A DNA stretch of 64,000 nucleotides, taken from assembly GCA_050246815.1 (NCBI GenBank), contig JBFWVI010000001.1:22184-86183 (forward strand). The letters are read 5' to 3'. Positions within the stretch are counted from its first letter, which is position 1. Each line of letters starts with the position of its first letter. Below are positions 37,250 through 47,053 of the stretch, one piece after another. The notes beneath the pieces are model-generated. The model searched no databases and was not told the origin of the DNA. It was given only the letters and a program-made list of their open reading frames with translations. This DNA comes from Bdellovibrionales bacterium. GTDB lineage: Bacteria > Bdellovibrionota > Bdellovibrionia > Bdellovibrionales > UBA1609. The position numbers and the translations under genes were made by a program.

Positions 37250-37831
37250 TTATCCTTTCGCGGCCGCGTTGAATTGATTGGCGGCGCGTTCGGTGCCGTT
37301 TTTAATCCAGTATTCGATCGCATCCAAACCGTCACCTAAGAACTGCGCAAGCTTGTCCGCGGGCTCAGTGAAGTTTGCCAAAACGTAATCCGCAATGCTG
37401 TGCCGGGGATCGGCCGGACGACCCACACCCATTTTAAGGCGGGCATAATCATCCGAGCCCAAAATTTGATGGATGTTTTTGATGCCATTTTGCCCGCCAG
37501 GGCCACGTCGGATGTGAAAACGAAATTCACCAAATGGCAAATCCACGTCGTCATGCACCACCAGCAGATCAGGTCGTTCGATACGGTAAAAGCTCATGAT
37601 GGGATGGACTGCCTCGCCAGATCGGTTCATGTAAGTCTGCGGTTTTACCAAAAGCAGATCTTGGCCCTGCCACTTCAATTTGCAGATTTGTGCTTTAAAT
37701 TGAGTTTCAGTTTTAAAGCTTGAGCCGGGACTGAGCTGCTCAAGCAGCCCATCCATCATCAAAAAGCCCACATTGTGGCGATTGAGAATATATTTTTGAC
37801 CGGGATTGCCCAAGCCGACGATGAGTTTCAC
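37250..37831 (-). CDS. pth: peptidyl-tRNA hydrolase
   Basis: MKLIVGLGNPGQKYILNRHNVGF. Confidence 0.93.
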   Translation of the reverse strand: MKLIVGLGNPGQKYILNRHNVGFLMMDGLLEQLSPGSSFKTETQFKAQICKLKWQGQDLLLVKPQTYMNRSGEAVHPIMSFYRIERPDLLVVHDDVDLPFGEFRFHIRRGPGGQNGIKNIHQILGSDDYARLKMGVGRPADPRHSIADYVLANFTEPADKLAQFLGDGLDAIEYWIKNGTERAANQFNAAAKG

Positions 37832-37860
37832 CGGGTGCTCTCCCTAAGCGGCAAAAAGGA

Positions 37861-38574
37861 TTACTTCTTTTCGGCTTTCTTGTCGCCACCAGCAGCCGGG
37901 GCCGCCGCAGCCGGGGCTGCGCCAGGAGCCGCCGCAGGAGCGCCAGCAGCCGGGGCTGCGCCAGGAGCCGCTGCCGCATCCGCCGCTGCCACAGGAGCCG
38001 CTGCCACGATTTCTTCGACGATTGCACAGTTGGCTATGGTCTCTTGCGGCGAGGTGATCAGCTTGACGCCCTCTGGGAAGGTCACATCCGAAACGTGCAT
38101 GCTTTCATTTAAGCCCATGCCGCTGACATTAACTTCAAAGAACTCCGGGATTGCCGTCGGCAAACATTCCACTTCGACGTCGCGGCGGATGGCGTTGAAC
38201 ACGCCGCCTTCACCAACGCCTAAAGCTTTGCCGGTGAAGCGAAGTTCCACGTTCACGCGCACGTTCTTGGCCATGTCCAGTGCGTAAAAGTCCAAGTGGA
38301 CGGGCTTACGGCTTAAGGGGTGGATGGTCAAAGCCTTACGCAGCACCTTGATGCCGTTTAAAGCTTTGTCTTCGGATTTAAAAGTGAAGATGGTGTTTTC
38401 AAAACCACGTTTGCTGTAGCGAACGGCGTCCAGTTCGAACAACGACAAGTTGAGCGGTTTGGTTTTGGGTCCATAGACCACGGCCGGGATTTGTTGTTCT
38501 TTGCGCGCGCTGCGCGAAAAGTGCTTACCGCTGGTGCGGGGTTTTACTTCGATTGTTAAATTCTGCTGTGCCAT
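37861..38574 (-). CDS. rplY: 50S ribosomal protein L25/Ctc with an Ala/Pro-rich C-terminal tail
   Basis: The Ctc-type L25 core is recognisable, followed by a ~60-aa A/P tail ending GGDKKAEKK. Confidence 0.9.
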   Translation of the reverse strand: MAQQNLTIEVKPRTSGKHFSRSARKEQQIPAVVYGPKTKPLNLSLFELDAVRYSKRGFENTIFTFKSEDKALNGIKVLRKALTIHPLSRKPVHLDFYALDMAKNVRVNVELRFTGKALGVGEGGVFNAIRRDVEVECLPTAIPEFFEVNVSGMGLNESMHVSDVTFPEGVKLITSPQETIANCAIVEEIVAAAPVAAADAAAAPGAAPAAGAPAAAPGAAPAAAAPAAGGDKKAEKK

Positions 38575-38592
38575 CTTTTGTCTCCCAAAAAA

Positions 38593-39543
38593 CTATTGAT
38601 CATCAAATAAAGCGCTTACTGAGTCGTAGGTGTAAATCCGGCGAATCGCTTCTGCCACCACCGGGGCCATCGAAACCACAGTAAATTTGTCGCTGTTTTT
38701 GGCCGCTTCCTTCAAAGGAATCGTGTCCGTCACCCACACCCTTTCGACGCCGCTTTCTTGTAAGCGGGTGATCGCCGGGCCCGAAAGCACGGGGTGGGTG
38801 GCAACAGCAAACACACGTTTTGCCCCATTTTTAAGCAGACTGTCAACAGCCTGAGTCAAAGTGCCGGCAGTGTCGATCATGTCGTCCAAAATAATGGCAT
38901 CTTTACCTTTTACGTCACCGATCAGGTGATAGGCCTTGGCCTCGTTGGGGCCAGTTCGGCGCTTATCGATAATGGCAATGGGGCATTCAATGCGTTTGGC
39001 AAAGGCTCGGACCCGCTCCACCCCCCCGGCATCGGGGCTCACACAGACGAATTGATCGCCATGCCCCATGGATTCGCGCCAGGCGCGGGCCAGGGTGGGA
39101 ATGGCAAATAAGTGGTCCACAGGGCCGTTAAAGAAGCCCTGGATCTGAGAGGAGTGCAAATCAACCACCACCAGGCGGTTGGCGCCTGCCGTGTGGCAGA
39201 GCTCGGCCACACATTTGGCGCTAATCGGGGCGCGTGGGGCAACCTTTCGATCTTGGCGGGCATAGCCGTAATAGGGCATGACCAGAGTGATTTCTGCCGC
39301 CGATGCACGCTTAAAAGCATCCAAGATCAGAAAAAGCTCCATGTAGTTTTCATTGACCGGCGGGGAGGTGCTCTGAATCAGAAAAATGCTGCAACCGCGA
39401 ACACTTTCATGAATCTCCACGCGGACTTCGCCGTCGGCAAAACGACCGATGTCGCAGTGGCCAAGCTCAACTCCGGCCGCCTGAGCGACTTTTCGAGCAA
39501 AATCTACATTCGAATTACCGGAGAAAATTTTCATGCGCTTCAT
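38593..39543 (-). CDS. prs: ribose-phosphate pyrophosphokinase
   Basis: MKIFSGNSN..., PYYGYARQDRK, and the PRPP-binding loop DDMIDTAGT. Confidence 0.95.
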   Translation of the reverse strand: MKRMKIFSGNSNVDFARKVAQAAGVELGHCDIGRFADGEVRVEIHESVRGCSIFLIQSTSPPVNENYMELFLILDAFKRASAAEITLVMPYYGYARQDRKVAPRAPISAKCVAELCHTAGANRLVVVDLHSSQIQGFFNGPVDHLFAIPTLARAWRESMGHGDQFVCVSPDAGGVERVRAFAKRIECPIAIIDKRRTGPNEAKAYHLIGDVKGKDAIILDDMIDTAGTLTQAVDSLLKNGAKRVFAVATHPVLSGPAITRLQESGVERVWVTDTIPLKEAAKNSDKFTVVSMAPVVAEAIRRIYTYDSVSALFDDQ

Positions 39544-39674
39544 GGGTGCGAAAGTCTTAATCGATTGGGTGGGTAAAGTCCACTTTTGTCGAAGGATGAC
39601 TTGAATTTGAAATCTACAGTATCTGGGGTCGCTAAGGTTGACTTTTTACGGGGTCCGTTAAGTATACTTTCGGC

Positions 39675-40079
39675 ATGGAAATGCCAGCAACCCAATGGGA
39701 CGTCAAACAAGAGAAAAATTGGGCCGTCATGGTCGTTGAGGGCCGTTTGGACTCATTTAATTTTGACCCTTTTTGCCGCCAGCTGAATGAATTGGTGCAG
39801 TCGGGGCGCAATCGGATTGCCCTGGATCTGTCGGGTGCCCGTTTTTTAAGCTTACCCAGCATCAAATACCTCACCACCTTTGCCGAAGAACTTGAAAAAG
39901 CCGGCGGCAATTTCGCTCTTTTAGCGGCCTCTGAAAAGTTAAAGCGTCAAATCGATGTGTATGCCACCTTGAACCCAATGAAGGTGGTTCGTAATCTTGA
40001 ACAGCTGCACAATTGGGATCCTCAGGTTTCGCCGCTTCGCTCACCGGCGGTTCCATCTAAAGCTCACGCTGAAGTTTAG
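39675..40079 (+). CDS. STAS-domain protein (anti-sigma-factor-antagonist-like)
   Basis: 134 aa with a STAS-like pattern: VVEGRLDSFNFDPFCRQL...IALDLSGARFLSLPSIKYL. Confidence 0.6.
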   Translation: MEMPATQWDVKQEKNWAVMVVEGRLDSFNFDPFCRQLNELVQSGRNRIALDLSGARFLSLPSIKYLTTFAEELEKAGGNFALLAASEKLKRQIDVYATLNPMKVVRNLEQLHNWDPQVSPLRSPAVPSKAHAEV

Positions 40080-40086
40080 AGCGGTT

Positions 40087-40764
40087 ATGCCGCTGCTTTT
40101 TTTTGTGCTTTTGGCGGTGATGTTCTTTGGTACAAACGCCAAGGCCGCAGACTTTTCAGGTCATGCTGGCGCCACTTTGACTGGGGCGGCCGCCAGTATT
40201 TTGATGCACGAAAGCGGTCATGCCTTGGCCGCCAAAGCCGTCGGGTGGCAAATTGTGGCCTTCAAACCTTATCCGACGAAGCTCAAAATTCCTTTAAAAG
40301 AGGGTGGCGCCAAAGAAGTTTGGGCCGGGGGCTTGGTGCATTTTCTTCCCTCAGAGCCAGCCGCAAGCCCTGAACGGCGGGGCCACCAGGCCTGGGTTTC
40401 GGCGATGGGCAGTGTGGGGAATAGTTTGGCGGTTTTAGCCTTAGCTCCGTTGCTACCCGAGTTGGGTGGTTTTGGGGCCATGGCTTTGAATGACGCCATG
40501 ATCATGTCCACTTTTGATTGGCCGGCCTATGCGCTGATCGACAGTTTGGTTTATTGGAAACTTTTGAAGGGCACGCCTTACAATGATTGGCATCAGGTGT
40601 CCTTGAACACGGGAATCGCCACGCCTTGGTATTTCTTGGCGGGGATGGGAGTCAGTTTTCTGCTGAACCAATACCATCGATATTGGCAAAATGAAGCGGC
40701 AGAGCGAGGGGCTTTGCCGACGGAGTTTCGCACCAACATAGTCGGCGCGAAGTTTTTGTTTTAG
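40087..40764 (+). CDS. membrane HExxH protein (M50-like peptidase candidate)
   Basis: Signal/TM MPLLFFVLLAVMFFGTNAKA, the motif MHESGHALAAK, and several hydrophobic segments. The start is set at ATG 40087. Confidence 0.55.
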   Translation: MPLLFFVLLAVMFFGTNAKAADFSGHAGATLTGAAASILMHESGHALAAKAVGWQIVAFKPYPTKLKIPLKEGGAKEVWAGGLVHFLPSEPAASPERRGHQAWVSAMGSVGNSLAVLALAPLLPELGGFGAMALNDAMIMSTFDWPAYALIDSLVYWKLLKGTPYNDWHQVSLNTGIATPWYFLAGMGVSFLLNQYHRYWQNEAAERGALPTEFRTNIVGAKFLF

Positions 40765-40861
40765 TAACGGCACAAGGGTTGAAATAACCCTTTGCATCTG
40801 TAAAAACAATCCCAGGAGCAGAAAGTCGCTCTTCTGCACTCAGTTTAAAAAGTAGTTGGCT

Positions 40862-41449
40862 CTATTTGCTTTGCAACAACTCGTAAAGCTTACGAATTGC
40901 CTGGCCGCGATGGGAGATTTTGTTTTTAAACGCTAAACCCAGCTCGCCAAAAGTTTTGCTTTCGCCTTCGGGAATGAAAATCGCGTCGTAGCCAAAGCCG
41001 GCTTGGCCGACCGCTTTTTCGGCGATGGAACCTTCAACCACTCCGTCAATCACATGCTCTTGGCCAGTGGGATCAAACACCACGAAGGCACAGACAAAGC
41101 GGGCTTTGCGGTTTAAGGGAGAGCGAATTTGCAGCATCTTCAAAACTTTGGCATTGTTTTCGGCGTCGGAGGCTTTGGGGCCGGCGTAGCGGGCTGAATG
41201 AACCCCCGGCATTTTGCCAAGGCCATCCACTTCAAGGCCACTGTCGTCGGCGACCACCCAAACTCCGGGCTTCATCGCCTTCATGCTGCGTGCCTTGATG
41301 CGGGCGTTGTCGACAAAAGTGGCGCCGGTTTCGGGCGGCGCAGAGTAAACTTTCATCTCGCTGGCCCCGTGCAAATCAACACCGCTTAAAAGACTTTTGA
41401 ATTCACTCAGCTTACCTTGATTGGTGGTGGCCACCCAAAGTTCAGTCAT
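40862..41449 (-). CDS. rdgB: dITP/XTP pyrophosphatase (Ham1/RdgB)
   Basis: WVATTNQGKLSEF ... FGYDAIFIPEG ... ISHRGQA. Confidence 0.92.
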   Translation of the reverse strand: MTELWVATTNQGKLSEFKSLLSGVDLHGASEMKVYSAPPETGATFVDNARIKARSMKAMKPGVWVVADDSGLEVDGLGKMPGVHSARYAGPKASDAENNAKVLKMLQIRSPLNRKARFVCAFVVFDPTGQEHVIDGVVEGSIAEKAVGQAGFGYDAIFIPEGESKTFGELGLAFKNKISHRGQAIRKLYELLQSK

Positions 41450-41459
41450 AAAGGACTTC

Positions 41460-42191
41460 CTAAAGAGGGAAGATGTTCTTGATCAATTCACTTTGGTGTC
41501 GAAAAAGTTCACGGCAGCCGACATCCGCAAGCTCGGTCATGGCGTTCATTTGCTCGCGCGAGAAGGCTTCGCCTTCGGCGGTGCCTTGGATCTCGACAAA
41601 ATCGCCCCGACTGGTCATGACAAAGTTCATGTCTGTGCTGCAGGCAAAATCTTCATCATAGCAAAGATCCAAAATAGGTTTTGGGCCTTGCATGCCGACA
41701 CTGATTGCCGCGACATAGTGTTTCAAGGGAAGAGTTTTGATGTCGCCACGGTCTTTCATGAATTTGAGTGCAAAGGCCAATGCCACAAAACCGCCGGTGA
41801 CTGCCGCCGTGCGGGTGCCGCCGTCGGCTTGCAAGACATCACAATCGATCATCACTTGGCGTTCACCTAGGGCCTTTAAATCCACAGCAGCGCGAAGACT
41901 GCGACCGATCAAACGAGAGATCTCTTGGGTGCGGCCCGAGTTGGCGGCCTTTTCACGCTGCATGCGGGTGTGGGTCGAGCGTGGCAACATGCCGTATTCG
42001 GCCGTCACCCAGCCTTGCCCTGTGCCCTGCAGCCATTTGGGAGCTGTATTTTCAACTGTGGCCGTACAAAAGACTCGAGTGTGGCCAAAACGAACTTCCA
42101 CGCTGCCTTCGGCATAGCGGGCCACTTCGGGGATCAATTCCACAGTTCTTAACTGATTGTCTTTTCTTCCGTCTGCGCGCATGGCGGTCAC
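41460..42191 (-). CDS. rph: ribonuclease PH
   Basis: [11 protein letters not shown]...[14 protein letters not shown]...[14 protein letters not shown]. Confidence 0.95.
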   Translation of the reverse strand: MTAMRADGRKDNQLRTVELIPEVARYAEGSVEVRFGHTRVFCTATVENTAPKWLQGTGQGWVTAEYGMLPRSTHTRMQREKAANSGRTQEISRLIGRSLRAAVDLKALGERQVMIDCDVLQADGGTRTAAVTGGFVALAFALKFMKDRGDIKTLPLKHYVAAISVGMQGPKPILDLCYDEDFACSTDMNFVMTSRGDFVEIQGTAEGEAFSREQMNAMTELADVGCRELFRHQSELIKNIFPL

Positions 42192-42952
42192 TGTAGGCGG
42201 GGTGCCTGGGGTTTGTCCAATGATTCGTGATAACGGATCAGGCCTTCATGAAGACTTTGCGCCACCAGTTGTTGATATTCGGCGGTGACCAATCTCAGAC
42301 GCTCTTCAGGGTGTGATAAATAGCCAATTTCGATCAAAGCCGAAGGGATGGTCAAATTACTGATCACAAAAAAAGGAGCTTGGCGAATCGATTTGGATTT
42401 GGCCTTATGGCCACCGCGCCAAGCCAGCTCCAAGGATTTGGCAAGTCTGCTGCTGGCATAAACCCTTTGGTTGCGGGCTAAGTCACGAATGATCAATTGC
42501 ACTTCCGATGGCACGGCTGTTTCCGCTTCAAGCAGACCCCTTGCGTGGCCCTCATTTTCACGGGCGGCCAAATACATGGACTCTTCATCTGGGGGCAATT
42601 GGTTTTGAAAATAGATTTCAACGCCACGGGCTTTGGGGTCCGTGGACCAATTGGCGTGAATACTCAGCAGCAAATCACCCTTGGCCTGTTCGGCCCGACG
42701 GACCCGCTCGCCAAGGTCTAAAAATTCATCGTTTCGGCGGGTCATATAGGCAACGAAGCGGCCGTCTTCTTTCAACCGCTCATACAGCATTTCGGTGACC
42801 GACAAAGTGATATGGGATTCTTTGCTGTCCGCCGCATGAGCACCTTCGTCTTTGCCGCCATGGCCCGGATCCAAAATGACTTTCAAAGGGGCGGCGCCGC
42901 TTTCGATTGCGAAAAGCATGAAAATGGTAATCGGTAAAACCTTTGCATTCAT
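42188..42952 (-). CDS. N-acetylmuramoyl-L-alanine amidase (Amidase_3)
   Basis: [13 protein letters not shown] and SIHANW motifs. Signal peptide from ATG 42952 ([21 protein letters not shown]). The longer ORF reaching 43150 was rejected. Confidence 0.88.
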   Translation of the reverse strand: MNAKVLPITIFMLFAIESGAAPLKVILDPGHGGKDEGAHAADSKESHITLSVTEMLYERLKEDGRFVAYMTRRNDEFLDLGERVRRAEQAKGDLLLSIHANWSTDPKARGVEIYFQNQLPPDEESMYLAARENEGHARGLLEAETAVPSEVQLIIRDLARNQRVYASSRLAKSLELAWRGGHKAKSKSIRQAPFFVISNLTIPSALIEIGYLSHPEERLRLVTAEYQQLVAQSLHEGLIRYHESLDKPQAPRLQ

Positions 42953-43045
42953 TCTGTCTAGAATACCGTGAGGCGCGGTGTTCACGGCAGACCAGGGACT
43001 TTGAATCTCGGCAAACGGCTTGGGCTTTTCGGTGGTCAAAAGGCG

Positions 43046-43085
43046 AAAAAAAAGCGACCTGGGGGTAAGGAGGGGACCAGGTCGC
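43046..43085 (-). terminator. canonical intrinsic terminator on the minus strand, 93 nt upstream of the amidase start
   Basis: Minus-strand RNA: GCGACCUGG-(14-nt loop)-CCAGGUCGC-UUUUUUUU. Arms are 43054-43062 and 43077-43085; the A8 run on the plus strand is 43046-43053. Confidence 0.6.
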
Positions 43086-43433
43086 CAAGGGGGGGATACC
43101 CTTAGTACTAAGCAAGTGAGGTGCCAGCGATCGGTCACCCCAGAGCTCATATATTAATTTTAGGGCATTCAGAAGTGCGTCTTATGGTAAGGATTACGCA
43201 ATTCTGGGAGCGTACCAATCAACTCTGGTCAATTTAAGACGCATTGCAATATTACAAGTTATCGGAATTACTAGCTTTTTAAATGTTCATCATTTGCAGT
43301 GCCATTTTCGGGCAGGGTGACGAAATTTTTCAAAGCAAAAGATCTACTTAACGCGATGCATGGTTAAGCTGGGCCCAAGGTCGGGCCGATAAGCAAAGGT
43401 GGGTGGCCAACCAGGTTGGTCCAGGGAGAATTT

Positions 43434-44651
43434 ATGAACAAACTAAATTGGGTGATTGTCTTACTGTTGATAAGCCCCCTGGCTTTTGGCCAGAGCCGCT
43501 ACCATGACCTACTTGTTGCAGATCTTGAAGACGTCGAAACCGACATGGAAGATGCGATGTCGGATTCTGAGGCTGCACGCGAAGGTGCAAAGGCAGCAAA
43601 AAAACGGGCAGAACAAGAACGCCGCAATCGTGAAAAAGCCAAGGCCGAGGCCAAGGACGCCTCGAGCAAAGCCCGCGTCAAAGAACGTGAAGCCAAACTG
43701 GAAATTAGCAGTGCCGAACGTGAAATCGAACGCGATCGCGCCGAAACCAACCGCTTGGTGGGCGAAAAAACCGCCTTTGAAAATCAAATCCTCAAATTGG
43801 ACAAACAGATCGCGGATTACAAAGCCAAGGTTGAAAAACAAAAAATGGATCGCGAAGCCGCGCAAAAAGTGCGTGATGAAAAACGCGACCACGCTGCTGA
43901 GCTGATCAAACAAGCGCAACTGCTTGAGGAAGAAGTGCGTAAAAATAAAGATGAAGAACGCGCCGCTATTCAAGAGTTGGAAGCCGCCAAGAAAGAACAA
44001 AAACAGGCCGCCGAACGTTTGAAGCAGGCTCAAGACGACAACCAAAAAACCGTGCGCAAGATGCAAGAGAAAGTGGATCACCTGAAAAATGAGGCCAACA
44101 AAGCCAAAGAGGCTGCGGCCCAATCTGAAACTCAGATGCGCGGTTTACGTCAAAATATGAGTAAACTTGAAAGCGAAACCCAATTGGCCGAGGTGGACGC
44201 GGAGCAGGCCAAGCGTCGCTCGGAAGAAGCCGGAGTGCGTTTGACTGAGCTCAAAAACAAAAACAAAACCAAAGCGGCCCAATTGCAATCGCGCAAAGCA
44301 AACGCTCAAGCGGTCATGGTGACTGCCGAAGATCGAGAAGCGTCGAAAAAGGTCGATTTGGCGGAGAGTCAGCAGGAAAACGACAATCTTGAAGCCGCCA
44401 GTGACAGCGGCAAAGTGAAAGTGCAACTGCAGCGTAAAGAGCCCAATGTCACACGCAAGCTTTCTGTGAACTGCTCGTTGTTAGATAAGCCAAGTCTGAG
44501 CGCCAAAGTCATCGGTACACGCCGTAAGGGGATGCAGCTTAGCACCGAGTCGGTGAATAAAAGCTGGGCTCGGGTCCAATCCGATAACAGCCAGCGTCCT
44601 GGCTATATGCCCATGTCTTGTTTCGAGGGCCGGACGCCCTCGATGCAGTGA
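43434..44651 (+). CDS. secreted K/E/A-rich coiled-coil protein with an SH3b-like C-terminus
   Basis: Signal peptide MNKLNWVIVLLLISPLAFGQS, about 300 aa of charged heptad-like sequence, and a C-terminal ~70 aa (KLSVNCSLLDKPS...WARVQSD...GYMPMSCF) that resembles bacterial SH3. Confidence 0.65.
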   Translation: MNKLNWVIVLLLISPLAFGQSRYHDLLVADLEDVETDMEDAMSDSEAAREGAKAAKKRAEQERRNREKAKAEAKDASSKARVKEREAKLEISSAEREIERDRAETNRLVGEKTAFENQILKLDKQIADYKAKVEKQKMDREAAQKVRDEKRDHAAELIKQAQLLEEEVRKNKDEERAAIQELEAAKKEQKQAAERLKQAQDDNQKTVRKMQEKVDHLKNEANKAKEAAAQSETQMRGLRQNMSKLESETQLAEVDAEQAKRRSEEAGVRLTELKNKNKTKAAQLQSRKANAQAVMVTAEDREASKKVDLAESQQENDNLEAASDSGKVKVQLQRKEPNVTRKLSVNCSLLDKPSLSAKVIGTRRKGMQLSTESVNKSWARVQSDNSQRPGYMPMSCFEGRTPSMQ

Positions 44652-45328
44652 GTTTGATTCGGCGTTAAGTGCCATAGCCACTGCGCGCGCGGACAAGAGT
44701 CCCGGAATAAATCTCGAGTCATATGATCGCGAACGGTTCCTTTAAAATCTGCGGGTACGAAGTGTCGCGCGGAAGCGGCCAAATCGGGGGACGCGTTTGC
44801 CCATAGCGATGCGGGTGGTAACCCTTGGTCAGTGGACCACAAATCGTGAAATGAAGCCCATTCGCTATTTTGCTGAAAGATTTGCCAGTGTTTAAGCCAG
44901 GATTCACGCTGACTGTCAAAATGCCGACTGAGCAGGGGCAACTGGCCTAAAAAGTTGCAAAATAAAAAGGCCGCGTCGGGATGTTCTTCACGTAAGTGAA
45001 AAAGCCCCTCAGGCCAAAGAAGCCCTTGTTTTTGCGAGAAATAATTTTGCCGTGCCCAATTTACCGTTAAACCCTTAAAGCGAACTTGAAAAAGACGAGA
45101 TGAAAGGATGTCAGGGTCTGTGGCTGTGAGACGGTCAAACTGCTCCAAGAAAGCACGTGGCAAAGAGTAACCTGCCGAAGGCCCGATCAGCACCAAATGT
45201 CGACTGTGGGGCTGCCAAGATTTAAGCCAAGCGGATGTGCCTTGTCGATGCGAGTCCCAAAGTTGTTGGCGGTAGCGCCAGGCTTTGTAATGATACGCGA
45301 GTCCACCGGTTGTGCCGAACAGGTTCAT
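44603..45328 (-). CDS. hypothetical protein (weak Rossmann/methyltransferase-like LVLIGPSAGY...ATDPD)
   Basis: ATG 45328 lies 2 nt after the upstream gene's stop. No confident motif recognised. Confidence 0.5.
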   Translation of the reverse strand: MNLFGTTGGLAYHYKAWRYRQQLWDSHRQGTSAWLKSWQPHSRHLVLIGPSAGYSLPRAFLEQFDRLTATDPDILSSRLFQVRFKGLTVNWARQNYFSQKQGLLWPEGLFHLREEHPDAAFLFCNFLGQLPLLSRHFDSQRESWLKHWQIFQQNSEWASFHDLWSTDQGLPPASLWANASPDLAASARHFVPADFKGTVRDHMTRDLFRDSCPRAQWLWHLTPNQTHCIEGVRPSKQDMGI

Positions 45329-45330
45329 TT

Positions 45331-45942
45331 TTAGTGGGTGTAATTGCGTGAGCCGGGCGGCGGAAAACGGCAACCTTCGGGGTGGTAAACATATCCTTGC
45401 CGCAGGTCCATCAACACCAATTCTAAAGCACCATTTTCGCCTTCGGGACTCAGGCTGGCGTGCAGTTGATCACCTACATAACTGGATTCAGCGCCTTCTT
45501 GTTGAACCAACTTAAAGATGCGACCGTCTTCGATCGATAGACAGGCCAGGTCATTGCCTGAGGCCACGGCCATTTGTAAAAGAAAGACCAAGGCCAAATG
45601 GCTATTCTGTTTCAGACCTTCAATGGTGCTGGCCATGCGGGCTTTTTGGCGAAATTCGTGTCGTGATTTACACAGCTCGCGAGCGGTGTCGCGGGACATG
45701 GTTTGATTCTCAGCGCGGAAGATCCAAAATTTTGCGGGTTCGCGCAGGCGTTCAATGCGGATTTCATCGGTACCGACTTGTGTCACGCGCAAACGCTGGT
45801 CTCTTTTGTTTGCCGCGGGCATCGCTGAAGCCTGGGGCCTGCTCATGCACAATGTGAGTGGCTGGGTGGTGAGGGCTTCTTGGGCCCACGATATAGGGAT
45901 GGTCGCCACCAGGAACGTTAAACCCGCGATGAACGCTTTCAT
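45331..45942 (-). CDS. secreted hypothetical protein
   Basis: SD GGAGG upstream of ATG 45942, with signal peptide MKAFIAGLTFLVATIPISWAQE. Confidence 0.55.
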   Translation of the reverse strand: MKAFIAGLTFLVATIPISWAQEALTTQPLTLCMSRPQASAMPAANKRDQRLRVTQVGTDEIRIERLREPAKFWIFRAENQTMSRDTARELCKSRHEFRQKARMASTIEGLKQNSHLALVFLLQMAVASGNDLACLSIEDGRIFKLVQQEGAESSYVGDQLHASLSPEGENGALELVLMDLRQGYVYHPEGCRFPPPGSRNYTH

Positions 45943-46105
45943 TCCGCCTCCGCCTCGACTCGCAAATAGAGTGAGCAACCCTTGTGCCAACAAAACGGGC
46001 ACGAGCAGCGTGTCATCGAGGGGGCGGGCCGCATAGGTTTGAAGCAATTGCCTAGCGGGATAAGAAAAATTGCAGAAAGCGCAAAAGGTTTGGATCCAGG
46101 CGGAT

Positions 46106-47053
46106 CTAAAAACCGCGCTCTTTCATCCATTTGTCGTCGACAAATTTGGTCATGTAATTGCGAATGCCGTCGGCCAAGATGACCACGCAATTTTGGTCCT
46201 TTTTAAGGCGACCTGCTTCACGCATCACGCCGACCATGGCGGCCCCGCTAGAGCCGCCGCACAAGAAACCTTCTTCGCGGATCAAACGGCGCGCCATACG
46301 AAAAGATTCCTTGTCTTCAGTTTTGACCCATACATCGACCAGACTGCGGTCAAGAACCTCAGGAACAAAGTCGTAGCCAATGCCTTCGACCAGGTAGGTC
46401 TTTATTTCAGTGCCACCACCTAAGATTGAGCCAACCGGGTCCACACCGACGATCAAGGCGTTTGGGCATTTCTCGCGAACTTTGCGGCCGATGCCGGTCA
46501 AGGTGCCGCCGGTGCCTGCCGAAATCACCACCATATCGACTTGGTTGTCGAGGTCCTTTAGGATTTCGGCGCCGGTGCCATCAAAGTGGGCCTTCCAGTT
46601 GCTGGGGTTGGCGTACTGATCCAAGATGTGAGCGTTTGGCAGTTCTTTTTGCAATTTTTTGGCGACGCCGATGTGGCTTTCGGGAGCATCCCAAGCGGCC
46701 TCGGTGGGGGTGCGAATGATCTCGGCGCCCAAGGCGGCCAAAGTCACTTGCTTTTCCTGGCTCATTTTTTCGGGCAGAGTGATAATCACACGATAGCCTT
46801 TGATGGCCCCCGCCAAGGCGATCCCGATGCCCGTATTGCCCGAGGTGGGTTCGATTAAAGTGTCGCCCGGTTTGATGCGTCCACTTTTCTCTGCGTCTTC
46901 GACCATGCGGTAACCGATGCGGTCTTTGACAGAACCGCCGGGATTTAAAAATTCACACTTTGCGTACACATTGCAGGGCAGCTCTTTGGTGACACGATTA
47001 AGCCGCACCAGGGGGGTATTGCCAATGGCTTGCAGCATATTGTTAAGTCGCAT
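46106..47053 (-). CDS. PLP-dependent cysteine synthase / cystathionine beta-synthase-like enzyme
   Basis: [13 protein letters not shown]-lysine region [14 protein letters not shown], and [10 protein letters not shown]. Confidence 0.88.
   Translation of the reverse strand: MRLNNMLQAIGNTPLVRLNRVTKELPCNVYAKCEFLNPGGSVKDRIGYRMVEDAEKSGRIKPGDTLIEPTSGNTGIGIALAGAIKGYRVIITLPEKMSQEKQVTLAALGAEIIRTPTEAAWDAPESHIGVAKKLQKELPNAHILDQYANPSNWKAHFDGTGAEILKDLDNQVDMVVISAGTGGTLTGIGRKVREKCPNALIVGVDPVGSILGGGTEIKTYLVEGIGYDFVPEVLDRSLVDVWVKTEDKESFRMARRLIREEGFLCGGSSGAAMVGVMREAGRLKKDQNCVVILADGIRNYMTKFVDDKWMKERGF

Noticed and set aside
37775-38287. 170-aa plus-strand ORF antisense to the L25 gene
   Set aside because: Its Ala/Gly/Pro runs mirror the L25 tail, and the L25 reading frame is clearly the real one.
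39997-40086. N-terminal extension of the HExxH protein ORF that overlaps the STAS gene
   Set aside because: The extension is Arg/Phe-rich and overlaps the STAS coding frame. ATG 40087 gives a proper signal/TM start 7 nt after the STAS stop.
42953-43150. 66-aa N-terminal extension of the amidase ORF (ORF-track start 43150)
   Set aside because: The extension has no signal-peptide character and runs straight through a canonical intrinsic terminator. The internal start at 42952 gives a good signal peptide directly before the Amidase_3 domain.
43086-43330. c-di-AMP (ydaO-type) riboswitch upstream of the amidase
   Set aside because: The gene context is suggestive, and a GGGGUGACC string occurs. 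However, I could not find the paired conserved ACGGGGA/CCCGA-type cores or the pseudo-twofold architecture. It is left as an unclassified leader.
43509-44123. 204-aa antisense ORF, and other antisense ORFs inside the coiled-coil gene
   Set aside because: It is F/L/G-rich low-complexity sequence, the mirror image of the K/E/A-rich sense gene. This is a typical antisense artefact.
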